A DNA stretch of 64,000 nucleotides, taken from the NCBI GenBank assembly GCA_041746255.1, contig JBGTHM010000030.1, positions 13,177-77,176 of the forward strand. Reading direction: 5' to 3'. Shown here piece by piece: positions 28,769 to 38,835 of this stretch. Numbering within the stretch: the first letter of the stretch is position 1; every line of letters begins with the position of its first letter. The stretch comes from Fibrobacteria bacterium. Lineage in GTDB: Bacteria > Fibrobacterota > Fibrobacteria > UBA11236. The notes below the pieces were generated by a model. The model saw only the letters and a list, made by a program, of their open reading frames with translations, was not told the DNA's origin and made no database searches. A program made the translations under genes and the position numbers.

Positions 28769-30291
28769 CAAAACAATATTATGTGGTCGAGAACCCCCGG
28801 TACTGGCGGAAGCGCGTGCCGCAAGTCGAATTTTTAAGCGTCAGCGAATACCTGTTTTCCAAAGAATACCAGGACGTCAAACAGCTGCGCATCATCAATC
28901 TGGCCCGCAATTACGGCTATTTGGGCGCGGGCTATTACGTGTCGCTGGTGGCCGAAGCCCGCGGACACCAGGTGATTCCCAATTTATCCACGGTTCAAGC
29001 CTTAAGCCGGAAAGAGTTCTATCTCATCGAAACCGACGATTTGGACGCGCAAATCCAGAAGAGTCTGGCGAATATCACCGACGATAAGTTCGAGTTGAGC
29101 GTCTATTTCGGCCGCAACGTGAATAAAAAATACGAGAAGCTTTCGCGCCTTTTCTTCAACTTGCTGCCATGCCCCTTGTTTCGGGTGCATTTCGTCAAAG
29201 AGAAGCGGTGGGCACTGCATTCCATCAAGCCGGTGGCATTGGATAAAATCCCTGCCTATCACGACGAAATTTTCATGGAGGCTTTGCTCGATTTCGGGGT
29301 ACGAAGATGGAGCCTACGCAAGCGCGCGAACACCTTGCGCTACGATTTGGCCATTCTCTTCAATCCCCACGAAAGGTATTCTCCTTCCAGTGAAGCGACT
29401 CTCCAGAAGTTCATCAAGGCGGGAAAGACCGCCGGTTTGGCAGTGGAAATTATCGAGAAACGGGATTATGCCCATCTGCCCGAATTCGACGGATTGTTCA
29501 TACGCGAAACCACCGCAATCGATCATCACACCTTCCGTTTCGCGCGCAAGGCCGAAAAAGAGAACATGGTGGTCATTGACGACCCGCGCTCCATTCTTTA
29601 CTGCACCAATAAGATTTTTCTGAACGAGGTGTTCAAGCGCGCCGGTGTCCCGCGGCCGCGCACCCTGGTGCTCAGCGAGGAAAACCTGGAGTCGTCGCTG
29701 CAGGAATTCTCCTTTCCCATCATCCTTAAAATTCCCGACGGATCGTTCTCGCGCGGTGTGGTCAAGGCACGGGACGCGGCGGAACTCAAGGCGCATAGCA
29801 AAGAATTTTTCCGTCATTCCGATTACATCATCGCCCAGGAGTTCATGCCCACCGAATTCGATTGGCGCATTGGAATCTTCAACGGAAAGCCCCTTTTCGC
29901 ATGCCAATACTTCATGTCCCGCGACCACTGGCAGATTATCAACCACAAGGTCGAGGGCAGCGGCCGACTGGGCAACCATAAAACCCACCCTATCGAGTTG
30001 ATGGAAGAAAACATTATCGCAACGGCCCTGAAATCATGCAAGTTGATAGGCGACGGCCTTTACGGCGTCGACTTGAAGGTGGTCGAGGGCAAGCCCTATG
30101 TTGTGGAGGTGAACGACAATCCCAATATCGATACCGGAGTTGAGGATGAGCTGCTTAAGGATAAGCTTTACCAGATAATCATGGAGGAATTCGCGGTGCG
30201 AATCGATAAGCGGCGAATGCGCAAGGATGGTTCGGCTGGTCAGGCTGCGCAGGATTTACCGAAGCTTATGAATTCCAAGGGGTACGCTTGA
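28765..30291 (+). CDS. RimK-family ATP-grasp ligase with an N-terminal RLAN domain
   Basis: IINLARNYGYLGAGYYVSLVAEARGH (RLAN), FIRETT, CTNK, KIPDGSFSRGV, QEFMPTEFDWR, YGVDLK and EVNDNP. ATGA overlap with the peptidase. Confidence 0.92.
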   Translation: MTKQYYVVENPRYWRKRVPQVEFLSVSEYLFSKEYQDVKQLRIINLARNYGYLGAGYYVSLVAEARGHQVIPNLSTVQALSRKEFYLIETDDLDAQIQKSLANITDDKFELSVYFGRNVNKKYEKLSRLFFNLLPCPLFRVHFVKEKRWALHSIKPVALDKIPAYHDEIFMEALLDFGVRRWSLRKRANTLRYDLAILFNPHERYSPSSEATLQKFIKAGKTAGLAVEIIEKRDYAHLPEFDGLFIRETTAIDHHTFRFARKAEKENMVVIDDPRSILYCTNKIFLNEVFKRAGVPRPRTLVLSEENLESSLQEFSFPIILKIPDGSFSRGVVKARDAAELKAHSKEFFRHSDYIIAQEFMPTEFDWRIGIFNGKPLFACQYFMSRDHWQIINHKVEGSGRLGNHKTHPIELMEENIIATALKSCKLIGDGLYGVDLKVVEGKPYVVEVNDNPNIDTGVEDELLKDKLYQIIMEEFAVRIDKRRMRKDGSAGQAAQDLPKLMNSKGYA

Positions 30292-31511
30292 ACTATAAGC
30301 CATTTGAAGTATTCGGTATTGAAATCGAATATGCCGTCGTGGGGCGCGATAACCTGCAGGTAAAGCCCGTGGTGGACAAGCTAATCACCACCTTGTGCGG
30401 AAGCCCCAACCTGTTTCCCACCTTGGGAAATGCGGAAGCCGATAACGAACTGGCAGCCCATGTGGTCGAAATGAAATGCAAGGTCCCCACGGCGGATTGG
30501 GCCGCCCAGGCGCGCGACTTCCAACAAATGGTCTCGCTTCTCAATAAAACCTTGGACGGTTTGGACTCCCGTCTCATGCCCGGAGGTTCGCATCCCTTTA
30601 TGGACCCGGCCCGGGAATCGAAATTGTGGGAGCATGACGGCCGCGAAATCTATTCGACCTATGACGGCATTTTCGGATGCCGCGGTCATGGCTGGTTCAA
30701 TCTTCAGAGCGTGCATTTGAACCTGCCCTTCTCCGATGACGCCTCGTTTAACCTTCTGCATAATGCGGTCAGTCTATTGCTCCCCCTTATGCCGGCTTTG
30801 GCGGCGGCTTCACCCGTATTGGAGGGCAAGCGCCATGCCTGGAAGGACGCCCGGCTTTTCCATTACTTGCAAAACCAAAGACGATTTCCTTCTGTTATCG
30901 GTCCGGTGATTCCCGAGCCATTGCGAAGCGAAGCGGAATACCGAGCGAAGATTTTGGCGCCTATGTATAGGGAAATCGCTTCTTCCGATCCGGAGGGGTT
31001 GCTCCAGGATGAATGGCTCAATTCCCGCGCGGCCATCGCCCGTTTCGATCGGGGCGCCATCGAGGTGCGCTGTATCGATACGCAAGAATGCCCGCTCGCC
31101 GACCTGGCCCTCTGTTTTTTCTTTTCCGGATTGTTGCGCGCGCTGTGCGAATCGAGGGCGGATTTGTACGGAGCGCATGCGGAGGTGCCGGGTGGAGTTT
31201 CGCGGGCACTATTCGAGGACTGCGCGCGCGTCGGAATGGATGTGCTTCTGCCGAAGGTTTATCCGCAGGAAGTTTTCGGCCTTAGCCAGAGGGAACGCAG
31301 CGCGCGGGATTTTTTCCAGGATCTACTGTCGACCGGCTTCGCATATGCCACCGTAGCGGAGAATGCCTTATTCCGACCTGTGATTGAGCATATCTTGACG
31401 CGGGGAAGCTTAAGCGATCGAATCATACGGTTGGCCGGCCCGAGGGAGGACTGGCTTTCGGCCTATAGGGAGGTGTGTGAATGTCTCGCTACAGGGCGTT
31501 TGCTGGAGTAG
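30288..31511 (+). CDS. Glutamate-cysteine ligase family 2 (carboxylate-amine ligase)
   Basis: FGIEIEY, NELAAHVVEMK, GSHPF, QSVHLNL, ASP and IEVRCID motifs. TTGA overlap with the RimK gene. Confidence 0.9.
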   Translation: MNYKPFEVFGIEIEYAVVGRDNLQVKPVVDKLITTLCGSPNLFPTLGNAEADNELAAHVVEMKCKVPTADWAAQARDFQQMVSLLNKTLDGLDSRLMPGGSHPFMDPARESKLWEHDGREIYSTYDGIFGCRGHGWFNLQSVHLNLPFSDDASFNLLHNAVSLLLPLMPALAAASPVLEGKRHAWKDARLFHYLQNQRRFPSVIGPVIPEPLRSEAEYRAKILAPMYREIASSDPEGLLQDEWLNSRAAIARFDRGAIEVRCIDTQECPLADLALCFFFSGLLRALCESRADLYGAHAEVPGGVSRALFEDCARVGMDVLLPKVYPQEVFGLSQRERSARDFFQDLLSTGFAYATVAENALFRPVIEHILTRGSLSDRIIRLAGPREDWLSAYREVCECLATGRLLE

Positions 31512-31658
31512 ACTTCCGAGAGACGGCAGGCGCTCTCTCCTAATTCGCTTTGTTTGGAAAGGGGTGAGCGGGCTTGCCATCGCCTGGTTCATACCCACTG
31601 TTGTATTATATTTGCCATTCATTCATGAATTCGCGAAGCCCCTTTTTGAAAGTCTGGA

Positions 31659-34271
31659 ATGCAGGATAAACTTTGGCAGCGCACCGCGCGTGCCTATGTC
31701 GAATTCAGCTACCGGCATCCCTGGCCGCCAATACTGATTTTTCTGGCGTTGGGCCTGATAACCCTTTATTTGGGTACCGGATTACGCATCGAAACCGATT
31801 TACGGGTTTTGCTCCCCAAAAAAACCCCTTCCGTGCAGGCCTTGGAGGAATCGGAGCGCCGCATGGGCAGTACCGATTTGTTCACCCTCGCGATTCAGGC
31901 GCCCTCCGCCGAAGCCGTGGCGGCCTTCCAAAGAGACGCGGCCGCGGCGCTCTCCGAATGGGAAGGCGTTTCCTGGGTGCAATTCGATCAAGAAAGGGGC
32001 TTTTTCGAAGAAAAGGCCTTGCTGTATATGCCTCTGGGCGAATTGGAAGATTTGCGGGGCCGTATTTCGGACTTGGTGGGCAAAACCTTCGTGGAGCGAA
32101 ACCCCTTTCTCCTCGATTTGGGTGACGACGATGAGGATTCAGAATCCCAGGGATTGCAAGGCTGGCCCGATACTCTGGCCTTACGACGCCAAGGCCTACC
32201 TCCGGATATCGTGGCCGCTTTGCTGGCGAAAATCAATACCCACGATAATCGCAGCCCTACCGAAGAGACCTCGGCCCCGCGCGCTGATGCTGAAGATCCC
32301 GTCCGTCCCGATTCCTTAGCTTCGCGGCTTATGGGTTGGGACGGTAGCCGCGGCGCTTGGGTAGGCGTGGTATTGGCTCAACTTGACCAGCCTTCCACCA
32401 ATGCCCAATTTGCTCAAGGTATTTTCGAGAAAGGCGAGGCGCTTATTCGCGAGTTAGATCCCGGGCGTTATCATCCTGAGATGATTGCGCGGGTTGCGGG
32501 CGCCTATCGCAATTTCAGCGAAATCAAGCAAGTCAATACCGACATGGCGCTGGCGGGAACGATTTCCTTTTTGGGTGTATCGATTCTGCTTTTTCTGTTC
32601 CTGCGACGATTCATCAATTTCGTTCTGGTCATGAGTCCGATTTTCATCGCCAGTTTTTGGACGCTGGGCGTTACCTACCTGATTTACGGACGGCTCACCT
32701 TATTGACGGCCTTTATCCTGTCGCTGGTTTTGGGATTGGGGATAGAGTACTCCATTCACCTTTTCGGCCGTTGGGCGGAAGAGCGCCGTAAAGGCCAACA
32801 TTCGCTGGAAGCCATGGTGGTCTCCCTGACCTATACCGGTAGGGCGTTGCTTTCGGGAGCGGCCACCAATATTTTCGCCATGCTAAGCCTGCAAGCGGGT
32901 AATTTTACCGGCTTCAAGGAATACGGTATCGTGGTCAGCTTGGGCATCGCATTCTGCCTTATCGCCTCTTGGGTCGTGATACCTCCGCTTTTCTTTTTAT
33001 TTACCCGTTGGGGGACGGGTCTGGAAAGGGCGTTTCAGAATACGGATAACCGCGTGACGCGGAGCCTTGTGGGGCTGTGTCGATTTTTGCTTCCGGGAGA
33101 AAGCCTGGTTTCGGGAGGTAAGCTGCTGCCCCGTTTGCGGATAAGCGGCAAGGCTTTGAACCGGGTAGGTTACGCCGGCTTGGCGTTCACCTGCCTATTG
33201 CTCTTCACTCCGCCCGCCCAATTCGAAAACGACTTCCGGAATCTCCGGGGCGAGAGCACGGGGGCCGGCATCAGTTATGGACGCGCCGTAGGTAGCGGAC
33301 GCAATACCTCCCCCTCCATTATTCTGGGCCATAGCGTGGAGCAGATGCGCCAGGTGCACGATTCCCTGGCGGCGCGTTTCGGCAGTCCGCCCGACAGCAT
33401 GCTGCAAAGCTTCGTCACCATTTCCTCCTTTGTGCCCACCGAAGAGGAACAAAGCGAGAAAATCGAGGTGCTGGAAGAAATCAACGAATTGCTCGATGCG
33501 CGGGCCCTGGCGAATGTGGACGGGGATACCCGCGAAAAACTCGATCTGTTGCGGAGCTATGCCAGTCCCAGGCCTTTCGACTTCTCCGACCTTCCGGAAT
33601 GGGCCCGGCGCTTCCTGACCGAAGCCGACGGCAGCCATGGAAAAATCGGATATATGTACGGACGGCTGCAGGAAAGCGACGCGATTGAGAGCGGTAAATT
33701 CCAAGACCGCTTCGGTACTCTCCACTCCGAGTCGGGCCCGGTGCAGGTGGCGTCCAGCGGTTTCATCTACGCGGACGTCGTGCGCATGGTCAAACGCGAC
33801 GGGGTCTATCTCGCCCTGGCCACCGTGTTTTTCCTCATGATCATCACCTGGGTAGACATGCGGAATTGGCGCGGTATGGCTTCGGTCCTGGGTTTCATCC
33901 TATTGTCCGGCTTTTGGACCTATGCGTTGATGGGCTTATTCGGTCTTAAGTTGGGCATGTTCAATCTGGTCATCATCCCGACCATACTCTCGGTTTCCGT
34001 CGATTCCGTGATCCATATGTACCATCGGCGCATGGAATTGGGCGCGGGGAAAATAGGCGAACTCATCCATACCACGGGGTCGGCGGTTCTCACGGGAACC
34101 CTGACCAACGCCTTCGGATTCGCGGGCTTATGCTTCGTCAACCATAAGGGTTTGCAAACACTCGGGTATATGGCGACGCTGGGCATCGCCTCGGGGTTGG
34201 TGATCTTATTCACGATTCTACCCTGGTTTCTGGAACGAATTTGCCCCAAGGAGCCCGTCCGGGAATATTGA
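31659..34271 (+). CDS. MMPL/RND-family transporter
   Basis: Two TM bundles separated by large extracytoplasmic loops; LGLGIEYSIH and SVSVDSVIH motifs. Confidence 0.88.
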   Translation: MQDKLWQRTARAYVEFSYRHPWPPILIFLALGLITLYLGTGLRIETDLRVLLPKKTPSVQALEESERRMGSTDLFTLAIQAPSAEAVAAFQRDAAAALSEWEGVSWVQFDQERGFFEEKALLYMPLGELEDLRGRISDLVGKTFVERNPFLLDLGDDDEDSESQGLQGWPDTLALRRQGLPPDIVAALLAKINTHDNRSPTEETSAPRADAEDPVRPDSLASRLMGWDGSRGAWVGVVLAQLDQPSTNAQFAQGIFEKGEALIRELDPGRYHPEMIARVAGAYRNFSEIKQVNTDMALAGTISFLGVSILLFLFLRRFINFVLVMSPIFIASFWTLGVTYLIYGRLTLLTAFILSLVLGLGIEYSIHLFGRWAEERRKGQHSLEAMVVSLTYTGRALLSGAATNIFAMLSLQAGNFTGFKEYGIVVSLGIAFCLIASWVVIPPLFFLFTRWGTGLERAFQNTDNRVTRSLVGLCRFLLPGESLVSGGKLLPRLRISGKALNRVGYAGLAFTCLLLFTPPAQFENDFRNLRGESTGAGISYGRAVGSGRNTSPSIILGHSVEQMRQVHDSLAARFGSPPDSMLQSFVTISSFVPTEEEQSEKIEVLEEINELLDARALANVDGDTREKLDLLRSYASPRPFDFSDLPEWARRFLTEADGSHGKIGYMYGRLQESDAIESGKFQDRFGTLHSESGPVQVASSGFIYADVVRMVKRDGVYLALATVFFLMIITWVDMRNWRGMASVLGFILLSGFWTYALMGLFGLKLGMFNLVIIPTILSVSVDSVIHMYHRRMELGAGKIGELIHTTGSAVLTGTLTNAFGFAGLCFVNHKGLQTLGYMATLGIASGLVILFTILPWFLERICPKEPVREY

Positions 34272-34301
34272 CTATTGGTTTGGGGTTCCTGTTTCCGGCT
34301 T

Positions 34302-34895
34302 TTATTTGCGCGAAACGAAAGGGTTGTCCGCGAGGTAGAAGCGCAGCGGCAAATCGGCTCCCTGGGTAATGCCGATGCGCGTGGTGGTAACCACGTTTCC
34401 CCCCAAGGACGCTTGCCCGAGTTTAAGGCGGTTCCGGTTGCTTAAACGCAGGCTTCCCCGGTTTAAAGCCGCTCCGTTCTGGGAGAGGTTAATGTCCATG
34501 GCCTGTGCCAGTCGCCCGGGTCCGCTGCAAAGCCCTTTGCCGGTAGCCCCGGCACGGCGTTTGGCCATAAGGTCAAGGCCTTCCACGGGTTCTAACGCTC
34601 TTACCAGTACCGCCTCCCCGATGCCTTCAGGAGCTGTGACCACATTGAAACAGTGATACATGCCGTAGATGAGGTAAACATAGGCGGTTCCGGGGGGGCC
34701 GAACATGGGCGAATTGCGGCGGGTTTGGCCTCTGGAAGCGTGGCAGGCGGGGTCATCGCGCAAGTAGGCTTCGGTTTCCACGATGCGGCCCACGGTTCGC
34801 CCTGCCGGACTTTCGTGCACCAGAAAGGTCCCAAGCAATTGGCGGGCAACGGTTACCGTATCCTGGTTGAAAAAATTACGGCGGGGTTGATGCAA
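34302..34895 (-). CDS. mpg: 3-methyladenine DNA glycosylase (MPG/AAG family)
   Basis: [37 protein letters not shown] and RIGI motifs. Confidence 0.93.
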   Translation of the reverse strand: MHQPRRNFFNQDTVTVARQLLGTFLVHESPAGRTVGRIVETEAYLRDDPACHASRGQTRRNSPMFGPPGTAYVYLIYGMYHCFNVVTAPEGIGEAVLVRALEPVEGLDLMAKRRAGATGKGLCSGPGRLAQAMDINLSQNGAALNRGSLRLSNRNRLKLGQASLGGNVVTTTRIGITQGADLPLRFYLADNPFVSRK

Positions 34896-35092
34896 AGCTA
34901 CTCCTTACCCGGTACCCCAGCAAATTAGCCGCTTCCTTGGGCCAAGGAAAGTGGTTGGGAGGTTCTGGATTAGGGGTAGGGCAAAAATGTAACGGGATTG
35001 GGCCCGGAAAAAACATTTATTTAGAATAGGTAAGTTTAACGAGGGTGCTAATCATCCCTTAATGGGATTAGGGCTATTAACCGGGGATTTCG

Positions 35093-36409
35093 ATGCGGAT
35101 TGTAATGATGACCAATACGTATTTTCCGCATGTGGGCGGTGTGGCGCGGTCGGTCACGGGATTCAGCGAAGGGTTGCGTAACTCCGGTCATCAGGTGATG
35201 GTGGTGGCGCCGGAATTTCCGGATATGCCGGAGGAAGAGGTGAACGTCGTCCGCATCCCGGCCATTCAGCGATTCAACGGGAGTGATTTTTCGGTAAGGC
35301 TTCCGGTGCCCGGCTTTTTGGATGAGCCCCTGGAGGAGTTTTCACCTGAGATAATTCACTCTCACCATCCCTTTCTCGTTGGGGATACCGCGGTGCGCGT
35401 GGCGTCGGATAAAGGCCTTCCGCTGGTTTTCACCCATCACACGCTTTATGAGCAATACACCCATTACGTTAACGAACAATCCGAGGCGCTCAAACTTTTC
35501 GTGATGGACCTTTCGACTGGTTACGCCAATTTGTGCGACCGCGTGGTGGCGCCCAGTCAAAGTATCGCCGATTTACTGGTCAAAAGGGGCGTGACCACTC
35601 CCATTACAGTGGTTCCCACGGGCATCGATTTACAGCGCTTCAAACCCTCCGATCGAGTGTCGTTCCGCCGCGCCCAAGGAATACCCCCAGAGGCCTTTCT
35701 GGTGGGACATGTGGGGCGTTTGGCACAGGAAAAAAACCTGGCCTTTCTCACCGAAACCGTGGCGGCTTTTTTGCAAAAAAATCCGGAAGCATGGTTTATT
35801 CTGGTGGGCCAGGGTCCGCTCGAGCCGGAGTTACGGGGGATCTTGTCGAATCGCGGGGTGTCGGAACGGATTCGCTTTCTGGGGGTGTTGGGAGGGGATG
35901 AGTTGGCGGAGGCCTATGGTTGCATGGACGTCTTCGCGTTTACATCGCATAGCGAGACCCAGGGCATGGTTTTGGCCGAAGCGATGGCCTGCGGTGTGCC
36001 GGTTGTCGGCCTCGACGCGAGTGGAGTGCGCGAGGTGATTCGGGATTATGAAAACGGACGTCTTTTAAAACGGCAAGACGGTGAAGATTTTATCGCGGCC
36101 CTGGAATGGGTCGGCTCACAGGATGAAGAAGGCGGCTCCCGGCTGCGTGAAGGGGCTTTGGCCACCGCACGCGACTTCTCACAGGAAAGCTCGGTGAAAA
36201 AGATTGTCGGCGTTTACAACCAGGCTCTTGAATTTCGCCGGCGCTCCTGGGAAGTATCCGAAGACGACCTCTGGTCTCAGGCGATTCGACGCATCCAGGC
36301 GGAATGGGGGCTTCTCTCTAATTTGGCTCATGCGGCGGGTATGGCCATTTCCGGCTCCGATATTCCCACACTGGAAGCGGACCCTACCGGAACGGTCCAT
36401 AATTCATGA
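35093..36409 (+). CDS. GT4 glycosyltransferase (diacylglycerol glycosyltransferase-like)
   Basis: NTYFPHVGGV, HSHHPF, THHTLYEQYTHY, GRLAQEKN and ETQGMVLAEAMACG motifs. Confidence 0.9.
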   Translation: MRIVMMTNTYFPHVGGVARSVTGFSEGLRNSGHQVMVVAPEFPDMPEEEVNVVRIPAIQRFNGSDFSVRLPVPGFLDEPLEEFSPEIIHSHHPFLVGDTAVRVASDKGLPLVFTHHTLYEQYTHYVNEQSEALKLFVMDLSTGYANLCDRVVAPSQSIADLLVKRGVTTPITVVPTGIDLQRFKPSDRVSFRRAQGIPPEAFLVGHVGRLAQEKNLAFLTETVAAFLQKNPEAWFILVGQGPLEPELRGILSNRGVSERIRFLGVLGGDELAEAYGCMDVFAFTSHSETQGMVLAEAMACGVPVVGLDASGVREVIRDYENGRLLKRQDGEDFIAALEWVGSQDEEGGSRLREGALATARDFSQESSVKKIVGVYNQALEFRRRSWEVSEDDLWSQAIRRIQAEWGLLSNLAHAAGMAISGSDIPTLEADPTGTVHNS

Positions 36410-38835
36410 TTCAGGTTTTGGAAACGGGTCTTCGACGCCTGCGTCTTCTGGTAAGCCGAAGCGAATGGTCGCTTCGCTTTTTGAAGCTCGACCCTTCCGA
36501 GCTCCCCGAGTCGCAAAAGGGCCTGCTCATCATTCAAATCGATGGCCTGGCGCGTTCCCAGCTCGAAAAGGCCATTAAAGCCGGTCGCATGCCGTTTCTC
36601 CGACGGCTCCTGAAACGCGAAGGCTACTCTTTACATACAGTCTATTCAGGCATGCCGTCATCCACTCCGGCCGCTCAAGCGGAACTGTTTTATGGGGTAA
36701 AAGGCGCGGTACCGTCGTTTAGCTTTAGGGATAACGATACCGGTCGCTTCTCCGCCATGCTCCACCCCGAGGCTGCTCGTAAGGTGGAAAATCACATGGA
36801 GAAAGAGGGAGAGTCTCCGCTGCTGCGGGATGGCTGCTCCTATATGAATATTTTTACCGGCGGGGCCAAGGAATCGCATTTTTGCGCCTCATCCTTGGGT
36901 GCTGCGGATATCTGGAAACAGACCCGCTTCTGGCGCTTTTTTCCCGTGCTTCTCTGGAACCTGCGTAGCGTGGTGCGGCTGGTAACACTCCTTTTCGTCG
37001 AAATTTTTATCGCACTTTACGATTCGGTGCGGGGCGCCATCAAACTGGGCGAATATCGCCGCGAATTCATCTTTGTTTTTACGCGGGTGATTGTAGCGGT
37101 GGGGCTGCGCGAGCTGGTGGCGATTTTCGGAAGCATGGACGTGACTCGCGGTATGCCAATCGTGCATGCCAACTTCTGCGGTTACGACGAGCAGTCGCAT
37201 CGGCGTGGTCCATCTTCGCGATTCGCCCAGTTCACCCTACGGGGCATAGACGGAGCCATCAAGCGATTGTGGCATGCGGCGCATCGCTCGCCGCGCCGCG
37301 ATTACGATATCTGGATTCTTTCCGATCACGGCCAAGAAACCGTCACGTCTTACTATCGCGAAAAAGGAAAATCGTTGCACGAGGCGATTTCTGAACTCCT
37401 GGGATTAGAGGAAATAATTCCGACGAAAACCGGCAGGAATCAGGGCGGTGAAATGATGACCTTGGGGGGGAATTTCGAAAGTTACCTCCTCAAAGGGTTT
37501 CGTTGGATGAACAAAGAGTTGGTCGCGGCTTTTCCAATTTTACAAAAGGAAGTGCTGGTCACTTCCATGGGGCCCGTAGGTCAGTTGTATCCACCGGGAC
37601 CCCTTAGTGCGGAGCAGCGAGAGGCCATGGCGGAAAAATTGGTGGCCGAACTGGGAATTCCCATTGTTCTCACCGCAGTACCCACGGAAAACAACGATCT
37701 GTCCGGCGAGGGAACGACTCCGGGTAGAAAAGCCTTGGCCTATACCGCGTCGGGACGGTACTTACTTCCGGAGGAAGCCGCCCCAGTTTTGGGTGAAAAA
37801 CATCCCTTCCTGGAAGAATGCGCGCGCGACTTTGTCGATATCTGCCATCACCCCAATGCCGGCGTTTTCGTTCTTAGCGGTTGGCGGCCCCGAGGGCGCT
37901 CCCTCACCTTCGGCTTTGAAAACGGGAGCCATGGAGGCCCCGGGTATGAGGAAACGCGCGCCTTTGCCCTGCTTCCGGGAAACGCGCCGCTTCCGGCCTA
38001 TAAAGGCTACCTGCGCCACTCCGATTTGCGCGAAGCGGCCTTTCATGTGCGGGGACGGCGTTCGACGCTCTTGGACTACCGCCGCAAGGTACGTTTGGCC
38101 GAGAAAACCCTGCGGGTAATGACCTATAACATCCATGGCTGTGTCGGCATGGATGGCAGGGTATCCGCGGAGCGCATCGCCGAGGTGATCGATCATTACG
38201 AGCCGGATGTCATCGCCTTGCAGGAAAGCAAATCCTACCCTACCGGGCATCGCTATCAAAACCAAGCCGAAGAAATCGCCCATATCCTCATTCAGCGCTT
38301 TCATTTCCATTTGACCCCGCAGGTTGAGCAGGACGATTACGGAAACGCGATACTAAGTACCTTGCCTATGCGGCTACGTAAAAGAGGGCATTTGCCCACT
38401 CTGCAAAATCGCAATCTGGAGGAAAGGGGAGCCTTGTGGGCGGAGGTAACCCTACATGGGCAGAAATTGCAATTCATCAATACCCATCTGGGTTTGTTCT
38501 CCCAGGAAAGAATGCTCCAGGCCCAACATCTACTGGGAAAGGAATGGTTGAGTTCCGATGATTTCGAGGAGCCGGTAATCCTGTGCGGAGACTTTAACGC
38601 TTTTCCCTGGTCGGCAGCTTATAAAAAACTCGCACAAAGGCTCTATGAAGCCCAGGAAAATATGGCTTGGCATAAGCCCCTCGGTACGCTTTGGGGTCGC
38701 TATCCCGTCAGCCGAATCGACCATGTTTTCTGCAGTGTGGGTATCGAAACCCTTAAAATCGAGGTCCCTCGCACCCAATTGACCCGTTTGGCCTCGGACC
38801 ATTTACCGATTATTGCCGAATTGACCATTCCTTGA
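36406..38835 (+). CDS. Alkaline phosphatase-superfamily domain fused to an endonuclease/exonuclease/phosphatase (EEP) domain
   Basis: N-terminal QIDGL, PSSTPAAQ, DEQSH, LSDHGQ and SHGG; C-terminal TYNIH, LQE, NTHLG, GDFN, RIDH and SDH. ATGA overlap with the GT4 gene. Confidence 0.88.
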   Translation: MIQVLETGLRRLRLLVSRSEWSLRFLKLDPSELPESQKGLLIIQIDGLARSQLEKAIKAGRMPFLRRLLKREGYSLHTVYSGMPSSTPAAQAELFYGVKGAVPSFSFRDNDTGRFSAMLHPEAARKVENHMEKEGESPLLRDGCSYMNIFTGGAKESHFCASSLGAADIWKQTRFWRFFPVLLWNLRSVVRLVTLLFVEIFIALYDSVRGAIKLGEYRREFIFVFTRVIVAVGLRELVAIFGSMDVTRGMPIVHANFCGYDEQSHRRGPSSRFAQFTLRGIDGAIKRLWHAAHRSPRRDYDIWILSDHGQETVTSYYREKGKSLHEAISELLGLEEIIPTKTGRNQGGEMMTLGGNFESYLLKGFRWMNKELVAAFPILQKEVLVTSMGPVGQLYPPGPLSAEQREAMAEKLVAELGIPIVLTAVPTENNDLSGEGTTPGRKALAYTASGRYLLPEEAAPVLGEKHPFLEECARDFVDICHHPNAGVFVLSGWRPRGRSLTFGFENGSHGGPGYEETRAFALLPGNAPLPAYKGYLRHSDLREAAFHVRGRRSTLLDYRRKVRLAEKTLRVMTYNIHGCVGMDGRVSAERIAEVIDHYEPDVIALQESKSYPTGHRYQNQAEEIAHILIQRFHFHLTPQVEQDDYGNAILSTLPMRLRKRGHLPTLQNRNLEERGALWAEVTLHGQKLQFINTHLGLFSQERMLQAQHLLGKEWLSSDDFEEPVILCGDFNAFPWSAAYKKLAQRLYEAQENMAWHKPLGTLWGRYPVSRIDHVFCSVGIETLKIEVPRTQLTRLASDHLPIIAELTIP

